Below are positions 44,047 through 54,590 of a stretch of DNA of 64,000 bases, one piece after another. Location: contig NC_043002.1 of NCBI RefSeq assembly GCF_006345805.1, positions 116,746,001 to 116,810,000 of the forward strand. Direction: 5' to 3'. Each line of letters begins with the position of its first letter. Position 1 is the first letter of the stretch. The notes under the pieces were generated by a model. It saw only the letters and a program-made list of their open reading frames with translations, did no database searches and was not told where the DNA came from. The DNA is from Octopus sinensis (Eukaryota). Made by a program: the position numbers and the translations under genes.

Positions 44047-44610
44047 GGTAGTCATAGCCGCAGTGAGTACAGGATACTAGGAAAAGAAAGTATCAATCAC
44101 ATTTTAAGTGAGTGCAGTATACTAGTACAAAAGGAGTATAAACTCAGATATGACTGTATAGGCACAAATATGCGATGGGCTGTTAGCCGAATGTATGGCT
44201 TCAAAACAACAGAAAAGTGGTCTGAGCACGTACATAGGTTGTAAGAGAAAGTGATAATTATAAGATCCTGTAGGATTTCCCCATAAAGACTGGCCATATA
44301 ATTGAAGCAAGAATACTAGATATGATCATAGAAGACAAATAACAGATCGATAGCGAAGAAACTGAAGGAAATAGTGGAAGAGAGCTGAGAAAACAGTGGA
44401 AGATTAAGATAATAATTATTCCCGTAATAATTGGTGCACATGGCACAGCACCCAAAATGGTACCTAAAAGAATGAAAAAGATTGGAATAGACACTCGCAT
44501 TGTCGATTTGCAGAAAAGCACCTTCCTATATACTGCAAGAATCTTAAGGAAAACTCTTGAGATTAAAAGAGACTTGTTACCTAACCACAAGGTAAAATAG
44601 CTGTTAACTA
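44047..44610 (+). mobile_element. Degenerate Dong/R4 3' end (zinc knuckle remnant + RLE)
   Basis: KESINHILSEC..QKEYKLRYD; KIIIIPVIIGAHG; LQKSTFLYTARILRK; then (AAT)n. Confidence 0.8.
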
Positions 44611-44659
<49 letters not shown>

Positions 44660-44704
44660 TAATAATAATAAAATAATAATAATAAAATAATAATAATAAT
44701 AATA

Positions 44705-47151
44705 AGGTCACCCAGGCACTGAGGTCACCCAGGCACTGCAAAGACTAAGCAACTGGAAGGCACCTGGGCATGACAAGATCCCCAACTTCTGGTTGAAATA
44801 TCTAACAGGAATGCACAAAAAGCTGACTGAAAACTTTAACAAAGTACTAGCAGAGCCAGAGACAATGCCTGAATGGCTCACGAAGGGGAAAACCATCTTA
44901 ATTCCCAAATCAAATGAAACAGAAAAACCAGAAAACTACAGACCAATAACCTGCCTCCCTACTATGTTCAAGGCATTTACTGCAGTGATATCACAAAGGC
45001 TGAACAAGCACCTGGACGAAAACAAACTGTTCCCAGAAGAGCAGAAAGGATGCCGCAAAGGCTCATATGGCTGTAAAGATCAACTAATGATTAATAAAGC
45101 CATAACTGAAGACAGCCACAGAAAGAAGAAAGGCCTCAGTATGGCCTGGATTGACTACAAAAAGGCGTTTGATAGCATCCCCCACACATGGATCCTCGAA
45201 ACACTAGCCATTAACAAAGTAGCACCAACAATCATAAAATTCTATGAATAAATGGCAAACAGTCCTACACCTCCAAACAAAAGAGGGACTCATGAAAACC
45301 AAAGACATCCCCATTAGAAGAGGAATATTCCAGGGAGACACGCTCTCTCCACTCCTTTTCTGCTTGGCACTGTCACCTCTATCTGATATGCTAAATAGAA
45401 CTGGATGCGGATATAAATGTTACGGCAAAACGATCAGCCACCTTTTATATATGGATGACCTAAAACTATACGCTGCAAATGACAAACAGCTGGAAACACT
45501 ATTAAAGACAGTTCATGGATTTACCAAAGAAATAGATATGAAATTTGGATTAGAAAAATGCGCCAAAGTAACCCTGAAAAGAGGAAAACTAGTTAAGAGT
45601 AACAACATCACACTAGATAAAACCAATGAAATAAAAGAATTAGACCAAAGCGAAACTTACAAATACTTAGGAATCCATGAACTAGATAAGACACAACACA
45701 CACAAATGAAAGAGAAAATAAAAAAAGAATATTATAGACGAGTTAGATCAATACTAAACACAGAGCTCAATGCTAAAAACAAGATAATAGGTATCAACAC
45801 TTTAGTTGTCCCAGTTATAAGTTACAGCTACAATATCCTTAACTGGACACGAAATGAACTAACCAAAATAGATAGGAAAACAAGAAAAATAATGATAGGA
45901 TCTAGGATGCATCACCCAAAATCTGACATAGAAAGACTATATATACAACGTATAGAAGGTGGTAGAGGCCTTATACAGCTGGAAAACTACTATAAAATAA
46001 CCACCATAGGACTGCAAAAATATCTACTTCAGAAGGAAGGAAAACTGATCCAGATAGCGGCAAAACATGAGCAAAGCAAGAAACTGTTCTCAGTATTTAA
46101 GGAAGCTGACAAATACAAACAAGAAATCATACCACCTAATAAACATGAAGAAGAAGAAGAAGAAGATGAAGAAACAACAAAAGCTATAAAACAAATGAAA
46201 TCCAAACTAAAAATAGAACAGCAACGAACCATGATAAAACGATGGCAAGAAAAGCCCCTTCATGGTAAATACTGCACTAAACTAAACGCAAAAGAAATAG
46301 ACAAACAAAAATCCCAGCAATGGTTGAGAAGCTCAGGACTCAAAGCAGAAACAGAGGGATTTTTAATTGCAGCACAAGACCAAAGCCTCCCCACCAGAAA
46401 TTACCAAAAACATGTAATGAAAAGAAATATTACAAGTAACTGCAGAATATGTGGAGATGGACAAGAAACAATAAATCATATTATCTCTAGCTGCCCAGTC
46501 CTGGCTAAGAAGGAATATATTCACAGACATGACAGAGTTGGAACTACATACATTGGAAGCTATGCCAACATTATGGAATAACAACAGAAAAAAGATGGTA
46601 TAGGCACACACCAGAAAAGGTCACAGAAAACGAGAAAGCAACCATACTCTGGGATATGCCGATACACACAGATAGAGAAATTAAGGCCAACAGACCAGAT
46701 ATAGTTGTCAGAGATCATGAAGAAAAAAAATGCTTTCTAATTGATGTATCAATACCGGCTGATGAAGGAAAAAAATGCTTTCTAATTGATGTATCAATAC
46801 CGGCAGATGACAACGTGTCTCTAAAAGAAATGGAGAAACTCTCAAAATACAAAGACCTGGAAATAGAGGTAACTAGAATGTGGAATCTGAAAACAGAAAC
46901 AATTCCTATCATAGTAGGTGCATTAGGCATGATAAAAAAATATTCAGACAAATACATAACAAAAACACCAGGACTTACAACACATATAACATACAGAAAA
47001 TTGCACTACTAGGCACTGCACACATCCTACGCAGAACACTTCCATACAATAACCATCAGAGCATCACAACAAATCACAGCACATACCCAAGGCACACAGA
47101 GCTGTGCTCGGTAGTGAAGTGAAAGCACGCTATAAAAATAAAACTACTGAA
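44705..47151 (+). mobile_element. Young 5'-truncated Dong/R4-clade LINE (RT + CCHC + RLE) with about three frameshifts, flanked by (AAT)n
   Basis: ORFs 44793-45251, 45244-46581 and 46656-47012: NYRPITCL, WIDYKKAFDS, IFQGDTLSP, LYMDDLKL, CRICGDGQETINHIISSC, RHDRV, RPDIVV..IDVSIP..EKLSKY. Confidence 0.97.
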
Positions 47152-47183
47152 TAATGATAATAATAATAATAATAATAATAATA

Positions 47184-47279
<96 letters not shown>

Positions 47280-47295
47280 TAATAATAATAATAAT

Positions 47296-47336
<41 letters not shown>

Positions 47337-47339
<3 letters not shown>

Positions 47340-47508
47340 GAGTCCATGAAACAAATAGGGCGGAGCACTTGCAGAAAACAGTACTGCTTGGAACCGCTCG
47401 AATACTCCGGATAGTGCTCGGAAAATAAGGGCTGTTACCTTAGTTCACTGGTAGTGAACAGCTGACACCGTAGTACATCTCCAGCGTTAGAAACTGTTCA
47501 AAGACAAT
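47337..47508 (+). mobile_element. 3' end of another Dong/R4 family between (AAT)n tracts
   Basis: EHLQKTVLLGTARILRIVLGK* plus UTR. Confidence 0.8.
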
Positions 47509-47509
47509 G

Positions 47510-47566
<57 letters not shown>

Positions 47567-47567
<1 letters not shown>

Positions 47568-47640
47568 GCACATACCCAAGGCACACAGAGCTGCGCTCGG
47601 TAGTGAAGTGAAAGCACGCTATAAAAATAAAACTACTGAA
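47567..47640 (+). mobile_element. 74-bp terminal copy of the young Dong family
   Basis: Nearly identical to the last 74 bp of 44705-47151 and 12028-12553; (AAT)n upstream, (TAC)n(AAT)n downstream. Confidence 0.9.
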
Positions 47641-47711
<71 letters not shown>

Positions 47712-47809
47712 GCAACAGCAACAACAGCAATAACAACAACAATAATAATAATAATAATGATAATAAAAATATTAAAAAAATTATAGTAAAAATACAAAAT
47801 ATAAAATAT

Positions 47810-49100
47810 TTATCAACTCATTTGTATGGATGATTTAAAACTTTTTTAAAACATGACCAACAGCTCAACGGCTTACTAGCGATTGTTAAACAATTTAGTG
47901 ATGACATCAGAATTCAATTTGGCCTCGATAAGTGTGCAAAAGCTACCTTTATCAAAGGAAAAATGACAGAAACATCTAACGTTAACCTTGATCAGCAGAA
48001 TGTCATAAAAGAATTAGACCCAGCGGAGAACTGCAAGTATCTAGGGGTAATTGAAGGAGACGGAATAAGGCATTCAGAGATGAAGGAAAGGATCAGGAGA
48101 GAATGTTATCGCAAAGTAAGAGCAGTATTCAAGACAGCTGAATGCGAGAAACAGGATCGAAGCGATCAATGCATTAGCCATACCAGTCGTGACTTACAGT
48201 TTCAATATCGTTAACTGGTCAATTACTGAAATATGTAATCTTGACAGAAAAATACGAAAACTGTTGACAATGCATAGAATGCACCACCCTTAGTCAGATA
48301 TAGAAGGACTTTATCTGCCGAGAAAAAGAGGGTGGCTGTGGACTTTTACAACTGGCATTAACAATGAGGATTGCCACAATTGGCCTAGACACCTACCTGA
48401 AAAACTCTGAGGACTGGATGTTAAAATTTGTCTCAAAATACTCATACTCAGTAACAAAACAGGCAAAGGAATATCTAAGTGAATTCCAAATACCACAAAT
48501 TCCGAAATTAGGCATGCGAGAAACAAGCGCATGAAAACCCGTGCTAAAACTGCTGCCCTAGATATTCTGACTGATAAATGGCAAGAAAAACCTCTCTATG
48601 GCAAATACCCAAAGAGAGCGAATAATACTGAGGTTGACAAAGCCCTTACCCATCAATGGCTAATGCCTGCTGGCTTAAAATCTGAAACAGAAGGGTTTAT
48701 CATAGCAGTCCAAGATCAATGCCTACCTTCAAGGAACTACCAGACCAACATATTAAAGAACGGCAGTAACCCAACATGTGTATGTCAACAACAAAATGAA
48801 ACCATTGATCATGTTGTCTCCAAGTGCAGTCTTCTTGCGCCTACAGAGTGTCTCAACAGGCATGATAGAGCTGCACAATATATTCACTGGGTAATTTTCA
48901 AAAGCCTGGACTTGCCCCATCATAAAAACTGGTGAGAACACAAACCACCTCCAGTGCTTCAAAATGACCACATCTCACTCCTCTGGAACTTCCCCATTCA
49001 AACTGACAGAAAGGTAGATGCGAATAGGCCAGACATCATATTGAAAGACTTCAGACAAAAAACATTGCCTCCTCACTGATATGACTGTCCCAATCGATAT
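47810..49100 (+). mobile_element. Degenerate Dong/R4 LINE (RT end to RLE), cut within the RLE by the next element
   Basis: HLYMDDLK remnant, FGLDKCAK, WQEKPLYGKYP, GLKSETEGFII, RHDRAA, ANRPDII..DMTVPID then abrupt end. Confidence 0.88.
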
Positions 49101-49855
49101 ACAATGGTAGAAAGAAAGAGGAGCAATGTGGAATCTCCACCTAAAAGCCCCAAGAAGAAAAGAAAGGCAGAGGAGAACAAGAACGAGAAAAGAAAGAATG
49201 AGGACCCAAGTGAGGAACGAACACAAAGACTGTTGCCTTCAACTAGTAAGGAGGAGGGAGGACGGAAGAAGACGAGACATAAAGTGAGAGGGAAGGACAA
49301 ACAGAGAAGGGAATACCAGTAAGAGAGGAAGAGAGTGGTGAAGAAGAGCAGAGAGAGCCACCGAATGGGAGATATGAAAGAACAAAATAAGTTACAAAAA
49401 GAGTAAAAGAGATAGAAAAGAAAATGTCAAAAAATGAAACATGTAATAAGGGTTAAAGTGGCTGATAGTGAGTAGAAGTGAGAAGAAGGAGCGGTTGGAG
49501 GAAGAAAGAGCAAGAAGGTTGCAGGAAATATTTGGCGACTGGAATTCGATTTCGATACGATTTCGAACTGCCACCAGTGGTAATATTTGACAATTTGATG
49601 AAACATATGGTGTGACTTTGTGTGGATTTTTAAACAAAAGGAAAACTAACAAGACACAAGACTGATAAGCAAAAACTTTATATAAAAGCAGTAAAATGAA
49701 ACTACTTGCGTATGGGGGCAAGTAAGTGTTTCCATCTTCATTTTCATTTATATTCATAATTCATTCGTTACATGTTTTTAAGTACCCCAATGTATTGTTC
49801 TGTCTGTCTTTTGTGTTGTCCCTTCTCTATGAGGCCTTGTGCCTAATGAAAGAAA
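49101..49855 (+). mobile_element. ORF1-only L1/Tx1-like unit 0 (5'-truncated: K/E-rich ORF1 tail + 3' UTR)
   Basis: MVERKRSNVESPPKSPKKKRK.., RLQEIFGD, FELPPVV..*; AT-rich UTR; terminal motif gaggccttgtgcctaatgaaagaaa shared with unit A. Confidence 0.7.
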
Positions 49856-51220
49856 TCAGGACGTTGGTGTTCTAGTCGAGTCGTTTGATTCACTGTTGCA
49901 TTTGATGTGTGTTCGCTCCATAAGAGTCTTGTTATTGTTAAATTGTTGAAGGTTTACCGCACCTAATTTTTGTCGACTGAATTGTTAAATTTATTGTTAC
50001 CTAAATTTTTATTCTTCTTCCAGATTTATGGGTGAAGTTGTGGATAATGTCGTTATGGAATGTCTACGGGTTCCAACAAGCAGTTACGCTGCAGTGACTG
50101 GGAAAAGTCTAACAGCAGATATACTGGAAGAGACAAATTTCAAGAAGGGAAAGGAACTGTTAAGAAAGGGAGACAGTATGAGGCTGACGCCGCCTAGGGA
50201 AGTTATTGAAAGGACAGAGAGAGAGACAATAATAGGCAGAACGGTGTCTATTGCAACAAAAAGAGTTGAAATAGCAGCAGTAGAGGCAGTGGAAGAATGA
50301 TTGTGAGAAGTCAAAGATCTAGCGACATGCTACACCAGAGGAAGGAAGTGTGGCACAGTGGAGGTGCGCTTCGTGAGCGAACAAGGAGCGATAAAGCGCT
50401 GCAGTTTGACTTTGAGATCAACTGAGTGGGTGCTACTACCAACCTGCTGCGGCAGGCGTGCAGCCAGAGTGAGGATTGGAGGAGTGCCCCCAGAAATTGA
50501 CGAGGCGTGGCTGGTGGCAGCCGTTCTCTATAGTGCAGAGGAGGACACCAAAATGTTGAAAATTGCAAGAACTACGGAGGTTAACTGCTGCGGATACGGC
50601 CTTGAGATGTTTGTTCACATCAGTTTGTTAGACCTCCACAAAATTGCAGAGGAATTGGTGTTGCCGGATGAGACTAGGCTGAGAGTTGTAGTGGAGGGAA
50701 GACCTCCAGTATGCTATCAATGTGGAGTACGGGGACACATCAAACCTAAGTGTCCACAAAAACACGAAGGGAAGGTAACGGATATGGAACAACAAGAAGA
50801 GGTAGACGTGAAAGGCATAGAGGAGCAGAACTGATGCAGTCTTGCTTGTAAATGAGAGGTGTGGAAGGTTGAAGGAACTATTCGGGGAAATGATAGAGAT
50901 ATTACCGTTGCAATTTCGAATCAATGAGTTGATGACATAATGGAATATCTAATATAAAGGAAAGTAAGTGAAATATTTACAATTTTAAAATAGAGACTTT
51001 TTTTTAAATGATGAAAAAGAAAAGAATCATGAACTGTGTGATTCATAAACAATAAAATGGAACTGCCTGCTTTGGGGGGGGGGGACAGGTAAGCCATTTC
51101 ATTTCATCAATCATTATTCATAATTTCATACTTTATGTGTTTTGTGTGCCCCTCTGTATTGCTTTGTCTGTCTCTGTATTGTCCCATCTTTATAAGAGGC
51201 CTTTTGCCTAATAAAAGAAA
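49856..51220 (+). mobile_element. ORF1-only L1/Tx1-like unit A, apparently full length (~1365 bp)
   Basis: 5' tcaggacgttggtgttc; ORF1 50028-~50940 with SYAAV, RVRIGGVPPEI, VVVEGRPPVCYQCGVRGHIKPKC; no ORF2; AATAAA at 51210-51215. Confidence 0.85.
50028..50834 (+). pseudogene. ORF1p/gag-like nucleic-acid-binding protein (RRM-like + CX2CX4HX4C), disrupted
   Basis: ORFs 50028-50300 and 50358-50834 share a frame, separated by stops; intact CCHC knuckle. Confidence 0.8.
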
Positions 51221-52915
51221 CCAGGTCGTTGGTGTTCATTTCGCGGATGTTTGCCACAAGTGGTTTGAGCTTTCTTTTGTCGTGTTAGACGTAAGTCCTA
51301 GTGTTAAATATTTGATTGATTGAGTATTACTGTTCAAATTCTTGCTAGTGTTATTTTGAATTGTTGTATTTCCCATTGTGGGAAAATGGAGAAAACGCCA
51401 GCAGGTGGCCACAGTTACGCGGCTGCAACTGTAAAGGGGATAGACATGGAAACGTTGGAGGTATGAGAAATAAAGGTTGAACCTCGAAATATGAAAGAAT
51501 GCGAGAAGTTGCTGGAAAGAGAGGGAAATACCCTGGAACTAACGATCAATGTAATGAAAAAACAGTGATATATAAGACAATGAAGATAGCAACAAGGAAA
51601 ATAGATATATCGACAATAGAGGCTATTGAAGAATGTTTGCAAAAGATTAACCACATTCATAACAAGATGGAGAAAATACGCTACTGTGTAGGTGTGTTTT
51701 GCATCAGAAGAGGACGCAATTAAGCACTGCACGGAGGCAATAAGAACGGAAGAATGGGTACTTTTGCCATTGTACTGTGACAAACGCGTGGCCAGGGTGC
51801 AAGTTGGCAAAGTGCCCCCAGAGCTGAAAGAAGCATGGAATATGACAGTCATAATGTATGACATGATTGAGGAGGCCAAGATACTGAAGGACACAAGAAC
51901 ACAAAGAATTAACTACTGGGGATATGGAATACAGTTAATCGTTCAAGCAACAGTGGAAGACCTAAACAGGATTGTGGAAGAGATAGTACTGCCCGATGAC
52001 GTAAAATTGAGAGTAATGGTGGAGGGCAGGCCGCCTATATGTTATACATGCTGGGGAAAGGGTCACATGAAGGTGATGTGCCCCCCCCCCCCCGAGGGAA
52101 CAACAAACAAAGCAGACCGAGAGGCAGGAGAGCACGGACCAGGTGATAAGGGAGAGATAAAGGAGAAATCAACAGAGGAGGGATTCACGGTATTTAAGAA
52201 AAGAAAGAGAAGTGGGAGGGTCAGTCCTCCACCAGAGCAGCAGAAAAAGAAGAAAGAAGAGATGGAAAAGTAGAAGATTAGAAGGAAGGAAGATGAAATT
52301 TTGGTGGCTAAAATAAACGAAAAGGAACTCGAAGAATTGTTCAAGAAGGAGATGCATAAGGAAGAGCCAGTGGTGGAGACACCGGTTGTTCCATTGGAGG
52401 AAGAAAATTTAGAAACGCAATTGGAGAGACTGTTCAGAATGGCGGAAGAAAAGAAGAAGGTACCAGGAGCGGAGCAGGGAAAGAGAAAACTAATAAGAAA
52501 AGGAAAATTTCGATGGAATTTTGTGACATGCGCAAAAGGCAAAGAAACTGAAAAGAAAGTATTCAAGTTTAAACATATAAGAGTAAAGTTGCCCACGGAT
52601 GTGTATTCCGAGAATGTAAAAAGCCATTGTGGTTCACAAGGACCTCTACAACAGACTAAAAGATATGTGTGGAGAAGGGATTGACCTGCCAGGTGTGATG
52701 GTGGAGTTCGATGAATTTCCACCTGTAGTGGAGCTAAAAGGTTTAGAGTCTTTCATGAGATATTAAATAGGAAAAAATGTAAGTAAAATTGTTTTATTGA
52801 AGAAAGAAGGGAAAAGTAAAATTATTTCATTTACAAAAGAAAATAGAAAAAACGAGATTAAGAAAAAACAATACGATAATAGAACGATTATAAATAGTTT
52901 ATATAATCGTTCAAA
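51221..52915 (+). mobile_element. ORF1-only L1/Tx1-like unit B (3' terminus missing)
   Basis: 5' ccaggtcgttggtgttc; ATG 51386 MEKTPAGGHSYAAA; VMVEGRPPICYTCWGKGHMKVMC; K/E-rich tail; RLKDMCGE..FPPVV..* at ~52766; AT-rich UTR; no ORF2. Confidence 0.85.
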
Positions 52916-52919
52916 TGAT

Positions 52920-54465
52920 ACTGTATGGGAGTGGGGCCCACGCAGCCATTTCAGCCTATCTTCTGGCTGAAACCCGGTTCCTTTTCAATAGGACCAACAA
53001 CCCGCTCCCACCTGCAGCCAGACACGGAGAAATGTATTTCGTGTAGCCGTTCAGCAGAGGGAGCAGATCTCTTTGGTCCCTTCAACCGGGTTTCTGTAGC
53101 AACGATTACATCCAAATCCGCAACCTGATGTCATTTAGGAAACGCCCTTGCTTCCAGCTTGACATCAGGCAACGTACATTTATACAACCGATACGAATAG
53201 CCATAATGTCTACCTTAGCTATTCTATGGTATCAGGTGGAGAGAAAATCTTCTGTTTTTTCCTGCCCGCAGGATCGGAGCTGGTAGGTCATTAAAAATGG
53301 AAGGATGAAAGTGTTTTCTCATTGTCCCAACTGCTTTCCTGAATTCATTCTTCAGGATTTTATGACTTTTTAAATCTATATCGTAGATTTCGTAATTGCC
53401 ACACTTGTCTGAGTGTTCATCTACCCTTTCGCTGTCTTCTTCAAATTTTATTCTCTCTGTATTAAACGCTGCCAAAACCTCCCCTTCATTCTCTCTCTTA
53501 GCTGTCTTCTTCGGTTTCTTGTCTGCAGGCACCGTTTTAGCTGGTACTGTCTGGAGTATTTTCCTTTTACTTCCTATTGGTTTTCTCTCTGGTTTTCTTT
53601 CTTCTCCTTTCCTTCGTCCTCCTCTTCTTCCTCTCCTTCTTTGCATTCCGAGTGGATATGTCCTAGCTGGCCGCACTGGAAGCACCTTGGTTTTCGTCCC
53701 TTCACAAGCACTATGAGGGACTCCTCTGCTATTTCTATTTTCTCTGGTATTTCTGCGAGAGCTTGGGACTCTGTCTGTACGACCATATTAATTGTCTGGC
53801 CGTGCCAAATCAGTTTATCTGTAACTGTCACCTGGTGAAGAGTGATTTTCTCCTCCAGGTTCATGGTTACGGCTACTATCAGCCATATGAGGTCCACATC
53901 TGGTGGAATTCTCCCTGTTCGAATTCTTCATCTCCGCCTTCCCATATATATGGGTATGAGTTCCACGTCGTCTTTATAGTTTCAACTGAATGGTATTGTG
54001 CCTTTTCCTCGATTACCATTGTGCCAAACTTTTTGCTGCGAGTTATGTACTCAATATCGGACCATGTTTGTTGTAAATCTTTTCCACCGTTTCTTTAGCC
54101 ATTCTGTCCATTTTTCTTCTGTTAAGATTATACGTTTTGTATATTATTGTTTTCCTTTTTTCCGTTTCTAACACTCTCTGTGGAGGTTCCTTCTTTTTGT
54201 AACATATTAGTGTACTTTTTTAATTCTTCTTTTTCTGTATTGAGTTGCCGGGTTCGACTCCCGGCTGCTGTTGCAAAACATTTTTTCTCTTCTTTTTGTA
54301 AACTTTTCACTGCTATATTTCTTGTTGATACAATTCTTGGGAGACTTGGAAAATCTTGTGGCGTCATTGGTTGGGGTGGCATAGGTGTGGTTGATGAGCT
54401 TTCTTTTGGGTTCGTGTCCGACGTGCTATTGTCTACGTGGCCGCACAACACGATTTTCTAAAGTA
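52920..54465 (-). mobile_element. L1/Tx1-like LINE with ORF1 and the first ~90 codons of ORF2 (APE endonuclease); rest deleted
   Basis: ORF1 ~54367-53224 with GRIPPDVDL and VLVKGRKPRCFQCGQLGHIHSEC; ORF2 ATG at 53204 MAIRIGCINVRCL..DLDVIVATETRL..GGSGLLVLLKR (frameshifted). Confidence 0.85.
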
Positions 54466-54514
54466 ATGGGCGAATAAAAAAAATGCTTTCAAAAAGCAAT
54501 TAACAGTCTTTAAC

Positions 54515-54535
54515 AGAAAATTATTATTATTATTG

Positions 54536-54579
<44 letters not shown>

Positions 54580-54590
54580 GATTGTTGTTG
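54515..54590. repeat. (ATT)n tract
   Basis: Directly visible. Confidence 0.9.

Noticed and set aside
49700-51237. Unit A as an LTR element with ~170-bp LTRs
   Set aside because: The flanking repeats are diverged, lack TG..CA ends and a PBS/PPT, and the upstream one follows its own homologous ORF1 tail; better explained as 3' ends of tandem units.
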